A stretch of 64,000 nt of DNA from the NCBI GenBank assembly GCA_903844645.1, contig CAIMUP010000098.1, positions 7,571 through 71,570 of the forward strand, read 5' to 3'. This DNA is from an uncultured Bacteroidota bacterium (GTDB taxonomy: Bacteria; Bacteroidota; Bacteroidia; AKYH767-A; JABDAW01). The position numbers were made by a program, and so were the translations under genes. Shown here piece by piece: positions 40,359 to 51,013 of this stretch. The stretch's first letter is position 1. Every line of letters starts with the position of its first letter. Under the pieces are notes generated by a model. That model saw nothing but the letters and a program-made list of their open reading frames with translations, ran no database searches and was not told where the DNA came from.

Positions 40359-40682
40359 ATGCAAAATGATCACATTGAACAATTGAAAACTTTCCTTCAA
40401 GAGGAGCCGAATGACCCATTCCTACAGTATTCTCTGGCATTGGAATATATTAAAATGGAGCAAGACGATGCTGTCTTAACCATCTTTGAAAACCTGCTGC
40501 ATGACCATGAAGATTACCTCCCGACTTATTACCATTGCGGAAAATTATATGAGAAATTAAACAAGAAAGAGGAGGCTATTGCCTGTTATGAAAAAGGAAT
40601 CCTCCTTGCGAGGAAACAGAATCATAGCCGGACTTTGAGGGAGATTAATGAGGCTTTGAATAATTTGAGGGATGAGGATTAA
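40359..40682 (+). CDS. small TPR-like protein
   Basis: 107 aa of helical hairpin repeats (YYHCGKLYEKLNKKEEAIACYEKGI). Confidence 0.7.
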   Translation: MQNDHIEQLKTFLQEEPNDPFLQYSLALEYIKMEQDDAVLTIFENLLHDHEDYLPTYYHCGKLYEKLNKKEEAIACYEKGILLARKQNHSRTLREINEALNNLRDED

Positions 40683-40691
40683 AGTTTAAAG

Positions 40692-41063
40692 TTATCCTCC
40701 CCAAAAAAACTTATATCTTTCCAAAAATTTCTCCTTTTGCTCCCGATATTTTTCTTTTAGAAGATTCATTCTATGTATGCGTTTATTAAAAATACTTTGA
40801 AGAACGACTACTAATGGCATTCCAACAAACCATTGAAACATTGCGACTCCTAACCAAACATTCCCACATCTTATTTGATTAGGTTCTGGAGGATAAAAAA
40901 AGTTATCAATTCGCCAGCTCCAATTGGGATAAATAAGCATTAGCCAAGCAAATAAAATTGTTGAAATAGAACAAAAGATATAGGTTACCTTTCCTTTATT
41001 CAAAAGGCGTATAATTAAATTAATCAGCAATTGTCCAATAACAAATATTAATATCTCAAGCAT
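40692..41063 (-). CDS. hypothetical membrane protein
   Basis: 123 aa with 3 hydrophobic helices. Confidence 0.45.
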   Translation of the reverse strand: MLEILIFVIGQLLINLIIRLLNKGKVTYIFCSISTILFAWLMLIYPNWSWRIDNFFYPPEPNQIRCGNVWLGVAMFQWFVGMPLVVVLQSIFNKRIHRMNLLKEKYREQKEKFLERYKFFWGG

Positions 41064-41230
41064 CGTTCTTTAACTTTCTTCATCCCAAAAAATCATTAAC
41101 CATCTTCATTTTTCTTGTGGCAAAAGTAGGAAAGGGTGGGGAAATGGTGTTTTGGGGCGTTTAATAAAAAGTATTCTTCTCCAAAATCGGGCTTCTAAAC
41201 CAAGTTTTAAGTGTAAAAAGGGGGCGAAAT

Positions 41231-41440
41231 CACTTTTGGAACATAAGAGATAATCCTAAACCTTCAAAAGACTTCTTTTGGAGCATTATGATTATATACA
41301 TTGTTTCAAAAGACTTCTTTTGGAGCAACTAGATTAAAAAACTTTTTCCATGTACTTGTCCTGAAAAAAGTTTTTTAATCTAGTTACTCCAAAAGAACAT
41401 TTTTGAAGGTTCACAATTATCTCTTTTGTTCCAAAAGAAC
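41231..41440. repeat. long imperfect palindrome K built from 42-bp units
   Basis: Inner arms 41317-41348 and 41363-41395 match at about 31 of 33 positions. Outer arms match at about 85 percent. The left side carries one extra 42-bp unit (tcaaaagacttcttttggagc at 41264 and 41306). Confidence 0.85.
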
Positions 41441-41502
41441 ATTTTCAGCAAAACCTCAAAATGTCGGTTTTCAGGAAATGGTTTCAAGAAGGATACTTCG
41501 TC

Positions 41503-42861
41503 TTATGGAAAGATGATTCCGGGCAGCCGCGTAACATCCACCAAAGGAATATTGGAATGATAAAAACTGTTGATGGTTTTGATAAATTCGTTGGTTAATA
41601 AACCGTACCCTTGGGCAGTCGGGTGGTAGCCATCTAAGGAAAAGAATGCGCCTTTGATAAATTCTGAACTGAAGAAGATTCCGTTGTAATAATATCCGTT
41701 TTTCACCTTCCTGAAGAAGGAATTCATATCCACCACGGGGATATTATGAGCAGTGGCGGCAGCTTTTATCTTGGCATTGAAGTGGGCGATGGCGGCATTG
41801 ATTTTAACTACCTCGAAGTGGTCTAAAACATAGTGAGGCGGAATGGAATCGAGCACACCGACATTATTACATTTAAGAGAATCGGTATTGACGGTTAATA
41901 AAACATATTCATCAGCGGTCATTTTGCGATAAGGAATAGGGGTAACGGTAGGATCATAAATAATAAACCCGTTGGGACCGACTTCGTAGCCCAAAAATCC
42001 AAAAGGACTTACTTTAAGGGCATTGGCTTGAGAATCGGTAAGCACCATTCCATTCCAAGGTACGGTAGTGAAGAACGGAAAAACGTCTAAATCGGGGATA
42101 TTGGCAACCACGCCATGTGCTCCTTGCGAACTGGATAGGAGATTGTCTAAGACGATGTCGAACTGGGTATCGAAGGTATTGAAATCGGTGATGGAATCTA
42201 TCTCGCCGCCACGTAATGCGTAATTAAATACATCCTCCATCCCTGCCCAGAGCAAGAAAAAAGTGAAAGGCTGTGCAAGTGCATCGCCTAAGATATAGGA
42301 TTGGCTTTGGAAGCTGGCAAGCTGTGGGTAATAAGGGCTTTTACCACCCGGAATGCCCATAGAGCTGTCGGTATAATCTGTGATTTTGGCATACGGAATA
42401 CCCATCACGGAATAATAAGCACCGGTTTGGTAGTAGATCAGTTCATTGTTTAAGGAAACATCATTAATATTAATGGAATCGTGTAGCGGGAAGAGCGAAT
42501 TGATGTTCATACAATCGGTTTTATACCCGAGATGAAACGAAGTATAGAACTTAGGCTGCGTAGCTGGGAAGTTTAAGCCGTAACCATTATTCATAGCGAC
42601 AAAATGCTGATTATACACGGTCTTGATTCCATTCTTATTAAGCTGTTGATTGAATAAATAAGGGATGGAATTTCGTTGTCCGGCATTACTTAATGCGCCA
42701 TCGGTAAAGCCAGACATAAAATCGGAGCCAAGGTATAAAGGATAGCTGAAAACAGCAAACCCTGAATTAACTTCTGCTGGTTTAAAATCGGTTTTGCAAG
42801 AAGAAATTAACAGAAGCGAACACAATAAAACGGGAACGATAGCACGGGCAACAGTTTTCAT
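41503..42861 (-). CDS. SGNH/GDSL-like hydrolase lipoprotein
   Basis: Lipobox LISSC and a C-terminal DGYHPT (SGNH block V D-x-x-H). Block I reads LGSDFMSGF rather than the canonical GDS, so activity is uncertain. Confidence 0.65.
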   Translation of the reverse strand: MKTVARAIVPVLLCSLLLISSCKTDFKPAEVNSGFAVFSYPLYLGSDFMSGFTDGALSNAGQRNSIPYLFNQQLNKNGIKTVYNQHFVAMNNGYGLNFPATQPKFYTSFHLGYKTDCMNINSLFPLHDSININDVSLNNELIYYQTGAYYSVMGIPYAKITDYTDSSMGIPGGKSPYYPQLASFQSQSYILGDALAQPFTFFLLWAGMEDVFNYALRGGEIDSITDFNTFDTQFDIVLDNLLSSSQGAHGVVANIPDLDVFPFFTTVPWNGMVLTDSQANALKVSPFGFLGYEVGPNGFIIYDPTVTPIPYRKMTADEYVLLTVNTDSLKCNNVGVLDSIPPHYVLDHFEVVKINAAIAHFNAKIKAAATAHNIPVVDMNSFFRKVKNGYYYNGIFFSSEFIKGAFFSLDGYHPTAQGYGLLTNEFIKTINSFYHSNIPLVDVTRLPGIIFP

Positions 42862-42992
42862 AATGAATAATTTTTAATCGCCACAAAATTACGGAAAATA
42901 GTATCAATCAAAAAGCCATTATGATAGCATTTCAGGTCATCCGTTACAGGATGATGATTAATCTTTCTGAACCTTTTTATAATTTTACACCC

Positions 42993-44201
42993 ATGAAGAA
43001 TTATATAATATCATTAACGCTTATTCTCTTATTCATCGGGAATAACCTGTATGCCCAAGCGCCGAATATGGTGAAGGATGCCACGAATAAATCCATAAAA
43101 GTCGGTGCTGAACGCACTTCTTTGTACCTTCCGTTGTTGAAGGGGAAAGTTGTAGGCATCATTGCGAACCATACGTCTATGATCGGGAAGGTTCATATCG
43201 TGGACAGTCTTGTTTCGTTAGGGATTAAGGTGAATGTTATCTTCGCTCCGGAACATGGATTCAGAGGGACGGCAGGAACAGGTGAAGAGTCCGAAAATTC
43301 ATTAGATACCAAGACCGGAATACCCATTATTTCCCTCTTTGGTAAGCATACCGCCCCCAATGCTAAGGACTTGCAGGGAGTTGATATTGTGTTGTTCGAT
43401 ATTCAGGATGTGGGGGTACGTTTTTACACCTATCTTTCGACCTTACACCTCGTGATGCAGGCTTGTGCTGACAATAAAAAGCCGCTCCTTATCCTTGACC
43501 GCCCAAACCCTAATGGCTTTTATGTAGATGGTCCTGTGTTGGATAAGAAGTTTAGCACTTTTGTCGGGATGGATGTCGTTCCGATAGTGCATGGATGCAC
43601 CTTGGCGGAATTTGCGATGATGATCAATGGCGAAGGATGGTTAAAGAACAATATTCGATGCGACCTGACCTATATCTTATGTGAAAATTACCACCATGCA
43701 GATTATTACCAGCTCCCTATCAAGCCTTCCCCGAATCTTACTACCATGTCGGCGGTATATTTGTACCCTACGTTGGGTTTATTTGAGGGAACGCCCGTCA
43801 GTGTGGGCAGAGGGACGGACAAACCATTCGAGATGATCGGGTATCCTAACTTCAAGAAGGGAAATCATAAGTTTATCCCGAAAACAATTCCTAATATGGC
43901 GAAGAATCCACCTTATGAGGGTGTAGAATGTAATGGATTAAACCTGAAACAATTCGGGGATGTGTATATCAAGAATACAAAGCAGATTTATCTGTATTGG
44001 TTGAAGGCATTATACGATGATTATCCCAATAAAGAGAAGTTCTTTTCGCCCTTCTTTGACCAGTTGGCGGGCACTTCAATGCTTCGGACGCAAATCAAAA
44101 ACAACATCGGGGAAGATGCTATCAGGATGAGCTGGCAAACTGACATTAAGGCGTATAAAATCATCAGAAAGAAGTATCTTTTATATGATGATTTCGAGTG
44201 A
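42993..44201 (+). CDS. DUF1343 family protein (exo-beta-N-acetylmuramidase NamZ-like)
   Basis: Start at the MKNYIISL signal peptide. Family look: FAPEHGFRG, DIQDVGVRFYTY. Confidence 0.85.
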   Translation: MKNYIISLTLILLFIGNNLYAQAPNMVKDATNKSIKVGAERTSLYLPLLKGKVVGIIANHTSMIGKVHIVDSLVSLGIKVNVIFAPEHGFRGTAGTGEESENSLDTKTGIPIISLFGKHTAPNAKDLQGVDIVLFDIQDVGVRFYTYLSTLHLVMQACADNKKPLLILDRPNPNGFYVDGPVLDKKFSTFVGMDVVPIVHGCTLAEFAMMINGEGWLKNNIRCDLTYILCENYHHADYYQLPIKPSPNLTTMSAVYLYPTLGLFEGTPVSVGRGTDKPFEMIGYPNFKKGNHKFIPKTIPNMAKNPPYEGVECNGLNLKQFGDVYIKNTKQIYLYWLKALYDDYPNKEKFFSPFFDQLAGTSMLRTQIKNNIGEDAIRMSWQTDIKAYKIIRKKYLLYDDFE

Positions 44202-45256
44202 TGGACTTCACTGCCACACTGCTTGCATGGTACGATGAAAATAAACGATCGCTTCCGTGGAGAAATAGCCGAAACCCTTATGAAATATGGCTTTCAGAAG
44301 TAATTCTTCAACAAACTCGGGTCGAACAAGGACTGCCTTATTACGAAAGATTCCTGAAAAATTTCCCTACCGTATTCGATCTCGCGAAAGCTGATGAAGA
44401 TACGGTCTTAAAACTATGGCAAGGGCTGGGTTACTACTCTCGCGCCAGAAATTTGCATCACACGGCGAAGATAGTTGTACAAGATTTTGGCGGTATCTTC
44501 CCGAATACGTACGAAGATTTATTGAAGCTGAAAGGAATTGGCAGCTATACGGCGGCAGCGATTTCTTCTTTCGCGTATCATCATCCGAATGCGGTGGTGG
44601 ATGGCAATGTTTTTCGGTTTCTTAGTCGTTATTTTGGGATTTATACACCGATAAATACGGGTATTGGCAAGAAAGAATTCGAGAGTATCGCGAATACCCT
44701 TATCAGTCATAAATTTCCGGCTGATTTTAACCAGGCAATCATGGAATTTGGTAGTATCCAATGCAAGCCTAATCGCCCTGATTGCGGGGCTTGTGTGTTT
44801 GTTGCCGAATGTATTGCATACCGAGATAATGTTATACATTTATTACCGGTAAAAGGTAAGAAATCGGCGATAAAAGACAGGTATTTTTACTATCTTTATA
44901 TTGAAAAGGGGAAGGAAATGGCGTTACATAAAAGAACGGATAACGACATCTGGAAAAGCTTGTATGAATTGCCTTTGATAGAGCTTGATTCGGCGGTTTC
45001 GATGGAGGATTTACAGGAAAGCGATGAGTGGAAACGGTTGTTTCATCGTACTAAAATTGTTGTTCAATCGTGCAGCGAAAAAATCATTCATAAACTCTCA
45101 CATCAAGCTATTCATGCGGTTTTTATTCATCTTGTGGTGAAGAAAAGTGATGTGTTTCCAAGCGATTTTATATGGATAAAAAAGGAGTATCATCATACTT
45201 TTGCGGTGCCACGATTGATTGAGAATTTTCTTATACATCGCCTCGCGAAAAGATAA
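44198..45256 (+). CDS. mutY: A/G-specific adenine DNA glycosylase
   Basis: HhH-GPD region (LPGIGSYTAAAI-like: LKGIGSYTAAAISS), a 4-Cys FeS cluster loop (C-x6-C-x2-C-x5-C) and a NUDIX-like C-domain. The ATGA start overlaps the previous stop by 4 nt. Confidence 0.93.
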   Translation: MMDFTATLLAWYDENKRSLPWRNSRNPYEIWLSEVILQQTRVEQGLPYYERFLKNFPTVFDLAKADEDTVLKLWQGLGYYSRARNLHHTAKIVVQDFGGIFPNTYEDLLKLKGIGSYTAAAISSFAYHHPNAVVDGNVFRFLSRYFGIYTPINTGIGKKEFESIANTLISHKFPADFNQAIMEFGSIQCKPNRPDCGACVFVAECIAYRDNVIHLLPVKGKKSAIKDRYFYYLYIEKGKEMALHKRTDNDIWKSLYELPLIELDSAVSMEDLQESDEWKRLFHRTKIVVQSCSEKIIHKLSHQAIHAVFIHLVVKKSDVFPSDFIWIKKEYHHTFAVPRLIENFLIHRLAKR

Positions 45257-45280
45257 TATATTAAACATAAAAAAGATACT

Positions 45281-45661
45281 ATGAAAACAAAAATTATCAT
45301 GGATTCCTTCGATAGTGATGAGAAACAAAAGGCACATCAATTATTGGAGGGCGAGGGCGTTGAATTCGTCAAGAGATTAGCTCTGAAATTATTGCAAATC
45401 GGCACCTTCGAGAGCGTAGATGCTATGCAGGACGTGGAAATGGTGACCACTGTGAAGATAACTAACAAGGCTGTGAATAAAGGTGATACGGAAGATTTTG
45501 ATGATGGTTTGGAGGCTCATTTTAAGGTCTTGTTTTCGGAGAAAACAGTGGTGGTAGCGAAGGATATTAGTTACAATAATTCGGGAAATCTGACCCATAC
45601 GGAGCTGAAGCATGGTAAGGATATTATTTGTGATATGAGTAATGCTGATATTGCCTTGTAA
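45281..45661 (+). CDS. hypothetical protein
   Basis: 126-aa ORF with no recognisable motif. Confidence 0.5.
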   Translation: MKTKIIMDSFDSDEKQKAHQLLEGEGVEFVKRLALKLLQIGTFESVDAMQDVEMVTTVKITNKAVNKGDTEDFDDGLEAHFKVLFSEKTVVVAKDISYNNSGNLTHTELKHGKDIICDMSNADIAL

Positions 45662-45874
45662 TATTTTATAAGCGTTGCGACGGGGAGGACGCATCGTCGG
45701 AATATTTACTCGAAATGTGAATGTCATGGCAAGAAAAATTTCAAAATTTTTGTTCGCGGCCATCATCTGTTTGATTATGGATTTTATCCGATGACACCCA
45801 TACTGGATTTGTGGATTTTCAGACACATTTTTTTCTATTATGATGCAGCCCTACGGGGGTTTGCGAGATTTTAC

Positions 45875-46020
45875 AGGGATGCTATTAGTATAGAGATAGA
45901 TTTTGTCAAGCTCCGTAGGGATGCTATTATTGGACTACTTTCATAATTCATCACATGGGATTGCGACGGCATTGTTGGGGAATACCACGGCATTGCAGGG
46001 GATTTGAAATCTCCAGTTTC
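45875..46020. repeat. weak 21/42-bp periodic region N
   Basis: agggatgctatta at 45875 and 45917 (42 bp apart). ggga...ggcattg units at 45957, 45978 and 45999. Confidence 0.5.
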
Positions 46021-46247
46021 CTAACAATAAGATAATAAAGGGTATTGGTATGCCTATATAAGCTATTAATGAGCTTATTACATAACAACAGGTGCGATTT
46101 GAAGGAGAGTGTGTTATAGCCATTTTTCGGAGCTATCCCAGATAATAATCGGCAACTGTAGGGCGGTAAGTTCCAAGAATAAATAGTTCTAATTTAAAGA
46201 AACAAGGCGGGTATAAATAAAATTTAAGGACAAAAGATTAAAGCCCG

Positions 46248-47378
46248 TTACTCTTTTGTGAAGTACGAAAACCGATTCTTTAATTTCAGGAATCTTATTT
46301 CAAAAAATTGATAACTTATTTTGGATAAAAGAATCGTAACCGCTAACGAACCGAGAAATTCTGCTATCATTACTCCCCAAATAGTATTGTTGAGATGTAT
46401 TAATTTGGTACAGTTTAAGGTAATCAAGATGCCGATAAAATGCAAACAATACAATCCATAACTAATGATTCCAAGTTTTGAAATCATCTTCAAGCGCGAT
46501 ACTTTAAAGAATGAATTTTGCGCATAATTTTGTTCTAAAATAATGAATAAAATCAAGATGGCGATGATTAATCTGTCGAAAATCGCCACCACAGAGTTGG
46601 ATAAAAGGATTTCTTTATTGAAAAAATAAACAATAAAGAAACAGAGATAAATACCTAAGATTTGGATTTTTTTTAATGATTCAATCTTTCTTTTCCACTT
46701 CATGCTTTGAACAATATAAGCTCCTAAAGCCCCCACCGCCATGTCTCCGATACACGAAAATGTGTGGTATTGTGTTACCATATAATCTTCGTTGCAGGCT
46801 CTGAATATTAATGTTCCTGCAATGATACCAATAAATAATACCGGATACCTGCGCACCGGAATAAAAGAGAGCAAAAGGGGCCAAATAAAGTAAAATTGTT
46901 CTTCGATAGCTACGCTCCACAATACGCTTAAATTGGAAGCATCCGGCGACCCCATCCTGATCATGTCAAAATTGCTGGTGAAGGTTAAATAATTCCACAA
47001 ATGGGCAGTTTCATTAGGCGTTTGTCCGAAAAATGCTTTTAATAAAGGGAATATTTCAAAGCCGAACAACACGCATAGGAAATAAAGAGGCCAGATTCTT
47101 AATATGCGCCGCATCCAAAAGTTGAAAATGTGGATGTGACCATATTCCACCTTCTCTTTAATTAATAAAAAAGTGATTAAAAAACCAGACAATACAAAGA
47201 AAAAGTTGACCCCGATGTTTCCATTCTCTACCAACGATTTTTTTATGAAATGATACACCGGATCTGACTTAATGGAAGGAATATCCGTGAAAAAACTATG
47301 GAAACAGAATACAGAAAGGAAACAGAAAAACCGAAGCCCATCTAAGTTTGGGAAAAATATCTTTTCTTTTGCATTCAT
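46248..47378 (-). CDS. acyltransferase family 3 membrane protein
   Basis: 376 aa, about 10 TM helices, N-terminal LDGLRFFCFLSVFCFH motif. Confidence 0.88.
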   Translation of the reverse strand: MNAKEKIFFPNLDGLRFFCFLSVFCFHSFFTDIPSIKSDPVYHFIKKSLVENGNIGVNFFFVLSGFLITFLLIKEKVEYGHIHIFNFWMRRILRIWPLYFLCVLFGFEIFPLLKAFFGQTPNETAHLWNYLTFTSNFDMIRMGSPDASNLSVLWSVAIEEQFYFIWPLLLSFIPVRRYPVLFIGIIAGTLIFRACNEDYMVTQYHTFSCIGDMAVGALGAYIVQSMKWKRKIESLKKIQILGIYLCFFIVYFFNKEILLSNSVVAIFDRLIIAILILFIILEQNYAQNSFFKVSRLKMISKLGIISYGLYCLHFIGILITLNCTKLIHLNNTIWGVMIAEFLGSLAVTILLSKISYQFFEIRFLKLKNRFSYFTKE

Positions 47379-47549
47379 TATTTGGAGTATTTATATGGTG
47401 CGGTTTTCATCCTTTTTTCTTTGGATAGGACTTTGCAATATTACATTATTAGGAATAAATCATTTCGGAAGACACTTGATAATTCGTGAGATATTTTTAC
47501 TAATTTCGCCTCTTAATAAAATCCTCCCTCCGAGGCTAACGATGATACT

Positions 47550-48410
47550 ATGATAAAAACGATTCTTGTTCCGACCGATTACTCTAAAAATGCCCACAAT
47601 GCCGTTCGGTATGCCGTCGAATTAGCACATCTTACGGGGGCTAAAATTACTTTTTTTCACTCCTATTACCTCCCCATTTACGTTAAGAATATCCCGAAAG
47701 ATACCGCAGCCGAAGCAGGATTAAGAAAAGAAGTGTCCGAAACATTGGATGCCATTTTGAAGGATAAAAAGTATGCCGCCAGCGATATTAAATACGATAT
47801 TATCGTGAAAGATGGTAGCTCCACCGTGAACGAAATTGTAGGCATCGCCAAAGAAATTGCTGCCGACATGATAGTAATGGGAACCAAGGGTTCGACTGGT
47901 GTTGGGGAGGTGATTTTCGGCAGTAATACCCATGATGTAATCGAAAAGACCGAGATACCCGTTCTCGCCATCCCTATCAAGGCTGCCAGTTTGGAATTTA
48001 AGAACATCGTATTCGCTACGAACTATCATTTTAATGACTTTAATGCCCTTGATGACTTGGTTTTGATTGCCAAGCTCTTCGATTCACGGATTACTGTCCT
48101 CCATATTGATGATGGCGAGATGATTCACGACTTTGAATACAGTATGTTGGACACTTTTCACCTCCAGGTTACAGAAAAGGCGGACTACCCGAACATCCAT
48201 TTCCAATTGCTAGAGAATAAAAATGTGTTCGAGGGGTTGCAGGACTTTATCCATCATAACGAGATAGATTTGTTGGCTCTGTCATCCCGAAAAAAGGTGC
48301 TTTACAACCGCCTGTTCGGTAAAAGTATCAGTAGAAAGATGGCATACCACGCCGATATTCCGCTTATGATATTCAAAATAGCTGAAGACGACGAGATAAC
48401 CGATTTTTAA
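47550..48410 (+). CDS. universal stress protein (tandem USP domains)
   Basis: Two USP-like halves (ILVPTDYS..., MGTKGSTG...). Confidence 0.88.
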   Translation: MIKTILVPTDYSKNAHNAVRYAVELAHLTGAKITFFHSYYLPIYVKNIPKDTAAEAGLRKEVSETLDAILKDKKYAASDIKYDIIVKDGSSTVNEIVGIAKEIAADMIVMGTKGSTGVGEVIFGSNTHDVIEKTEIPVLAIPIKAASLEFKNIVFATNYHFNDFNALDDLVLIAKLFDSRITVLHIDDGEMIHDFEYSMLDTFHLQVTEKADYPNIHFQLLENKNVFEGLQDFIHHNEIDLLALSSRKKVLYNRLFGKSISRKMAYHADIPLMIFKIAEDDEITDF

Positions 48411-48458
48411 GATAATTAGTAATATTGCATCCTCAATAATTAATAATAATATACTCCG

Positions 48459-49019
48459 ATGAAAAGAATTATCGTCCTTGCTTTCGCTGTAATCGCCTCA
48501 CTCGGCTCTGCCTTTTCCCAGCCTATGGCTGTAAATACGCAGCCTGCCGGTGCGGCAAAAGAAATTAAATGGCATTCTCTCCAAGAAGCCCTGAAAATGG
48601 CTGCCTCCAGCCCTAAAAAGATCTTTATAGACGTCTATACCGACTGGTGCGGATGGTGCAAAAGGATGGATGCAACCACTTTCAAGGACCCGATGGTGAT
48701 AGATTATATGAACAAATATTTCATCGCTGTAAAATTCAATTCCGAGAAGGAAGATACCATTACTTACAAAGGGAAATTATACATCAAACAGCCCGATAGC
48801 AAGGTAAACGACCTCGCCATCTTCTTCTTAAACTCCAAAATGTCTTACCCGACGACGGTTTATCTGAATGAAAATGCGGATTTAATTCAACCGATTCCCG
48901 GCTATCGCGAAGCCACCGAAATGGGCATGTTCCTCACTTATATCGGTGCTGATATGGCGCGATGGATTACCTGGGAGAACTACCAGCCGGTTTATAAAAT
49001 CATAAAAGATGCCAATTAA
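48459..49019 (+). CDS. secreted thioredoxin-fold protein
   Basis: Signal peptide and a WCGWCKRM CxxC motif. Confidence 0.85.
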   Translation: MKRIIVLAFAVIASLGSAFSQPMAVNTQPAGAAKEIKWHSLQEALKMAASSPKKIFIDVYTDWCGWCKRMDATTFKDPMVIDYMNKYFIAVKFNSEKEDTITYKGKLYIKQPDSKVNDLAIFFLNSKMSYPTTVYLNENADLIQPIPGYREATEMGMFLTYIGADMARWITWENYQPVYKIIKDAN

Positions 49020-49228
49020 AGGCTCGGTTTCGCATTCGTAATTCTCTTAAGGCGCGTCTTCTGCAGGCAGGTATTTAACTTTTGGAAGGCATCGGGGAGC
49101 CAAATTCCCGATCATTAAATAGGGAGCAAAAGGCTCTTTAAACGAATAAATCGTCTGTGGAGCATTTTAATTTAAAGGCAGTTACCCCCTACTACCTATC
49201 ATCAAAATATCAAATAATGCCGCCAATC

Positions 49229-49354
49229 ATTGATAAAAACCCCGCTGGGATTGATATTTACCCCGCTGGGATTGATGAAAACCCCGCTGCCAGAGATAAA
49301 AACCCCGTTGGCATTGATATTTACCCCGCTGGGAACGATATTTACCCCGCTACT
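49229..49354. repeat. 21-bp tandem array H, 6 units
   Basis: attgatatttaccccgctggg-type units at 49229+21n. Confidence 0.95.
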
Positions 49355-49499
49355 TTTTAAGGAGTTTCGGCCATCATTTAATAAAATATGTCCCCTAATA
49401 ACAGAGCTTCCATTTAGATTGTCTGAACGGTTGAATTAGCGGAATCAGGCATCCTTTTTAATACTAATAGTTATATTATTAATTATCCATCCTATTTTA

Positions 49500-49507
49500 T
49501 ATCTTTG
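49500..49507 (+). promoter_or_regulatory. -7 box TATCTTTG (pnt operon)
   Basis: Matches TAnnTTTG, 42 nt upstream of the TTG start at 49550. Confidence 0.5.
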
Positions 49508-49549
49508 CCGCCCCAAACATTCGTTGGTATCTACTAAAAACTAAACCAC

Positions 49550-50680
49550 TTGAAAATAGCCGTCCCGAAGGAAACAAAGGAAAAAGAGAACCGCGTCGCG
49601 CTCTCCCCCGATGTTGTCAGAAGTTTAATCGCCGCAGGATTTGAAATAATGGTCGAGAAAAGTGCCGGATTGAGTTCCTACTTCTCCGATGACATGTATA
49701 TTAATAGCGGAGCAACCATTATTCCCGATGCCGGTTCCTTGTTTGGAATGGCAGATGTCGTCCTCAAGGTGAATGCCCCGAATCCCTCCGAAATAGCGAT
49801 GATGAAGGCTGATTCCATCCTCCTCTCGTTCCTATGGGCAGCCACGAATCCGGAATTGGTCAAGGCTTTGGCGGATAAAGGAATTACGAGCTTTTCGGTG
49901 GATGCTATTCCACGTATTTCCCGCGCTCAAAAAATGGATGCCTTGAGTTCGCAAAGTAACCTCGCAGGGTATAAAACCGTGATTATGGCAGCCGATACCC
50001 TGGGCAAGATTTTTCCCTTAATGATGACCGCCGCAGGAACCATCAAACCAGTGAAAATAGTAATTATGGGAGCCGGAGTAGCCGGATTGCAAGCCGTAGC
50101 GACCGCCAAAAGGCTCGGAGCTATCGTGGAAGTATCCGATATTCGTCCTGAAACCAAGGAACAGGTAGAATCGTTAGGCGGGAAGTTCATTGAATTAAAA
50201 GGCGATGACTCCATCAAAACCGAAGGCGGCTATGTGAAGGCTGTCAGTGAGGATTTCTTGAAAAAACAACAGGAATTGCTGTTTAAGCATATCTCGGATG
50301 CGGATATTGTCATCACTACCGCATTAATTCCCGGAAGGAAAGCCCCCATTCTCGTTACAGAAGACATGGTGAAGAGTATGCGATTAGGCTCTGTCATTGT
50401 GGATATGGCAGTGGAACAAGGCGGTAATTGCCCGTTAAGCGAATTGAATAAGACGGTCGTGAAACATGGAGTTACTATCATCGGTGAATCGAATCTGCCG
50501 AGCCTCCTACCGATGAATGCAAGTGAATTATATGCCAAGAATATCCAGGCATTCCTCCTTCATCTCGCCACCAAAGACGGCTTCAAATGGGATCTGCACG
50601 AAGAAATTACCCATGGATCACTGATTACCCACAAAGGACAAATTGTTCACCCCAGCCTCGCCAAACCCGTGTTGGCTTAA
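49550..50680 (+). CDS. pntAA: NAD(P) transhydrogenase alpha subunit, part 1
   Basis: 376 aa with the Rossmann motif GAGVAGLQA. Starts at TTG, 42 nt after a TATCTTTG box. Confidence 0.93.
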   Translation: MKIAVPKETKEKENRVALSPDVVRSLIAAGFEIMVEKSAGLSSYFSDDMYINSGATIIPDAGSLFGMADVVLKVNAPNPSEIAMMKADSILLSFLWAATNPELVKALADKGITSFSVDAIPRISRAQKMDALSSQSNLAGYKTVIMAADTLGKIFPLMMTAAGTIKPVKIVIMGAGVAGLQAVATAKRLGAIVEVSDIRPETKEQVESLGGKFIELKGDDSIKTEGGYVKAVSEDFLKKQQELLFKHISDADIVITTALIPGRKAPILVTEDMVKSMRLGSVIVDMAVEQGGNCPLSELNKTVVKHGVTIIGESNLPSLLPMNASELYAKNIQAFLLHLATKDGFKWDLHEEITHGSLITHKGQIVHPSLAKPVLA

Positions 50681-50695
50681 TTAAATTATATTAGA

Positions 50696-51010
50696 ATGGA
50701 AGAAATCATTAGTTATTTAGGACTTCATATAGATAAAATCTTTATCCTTATCCTCTCCGTTTTTGTCGGGATAGAAGTTATCGGGAAGGTGCCCTCGGTA
50801 TTGCATACCCCCCTTATGTCAGGTGCAAATGCCATCCACGGCGTTGTAATTATAGGAGCTATCATCGTGATGCTGGAGGCAGACTCTAATAATATTATGG
50901 CTCTGACCCTAGGTTTCATAGCGGTCATCTTAGGAACGCTGAATGTAGTCGGAGGATTTGTAGTAACAGATCGTATGCTCGAACTTTTTAAGAAGAAACC
51001 AAAGAAGTAA
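50696..51010 (+). CDS. pntAB: NAD(P) transhydrogenase alpha subunit, part 2 (membrane)
   Basis: 104 aa with 3 TM helices, between pntAA and pntB. Confidence 0.9.
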   Translation: MEEIISYLGLHIDKIFILILSVFVGIEVIGKVPSVLHTPLMSGANAIHGVVIIGAIIVMLEADSNNIMALTLGFIAVILGTLNVVGGFVVTDRMLELFKKKPKK

Positions 51011-51013
51011 ATC

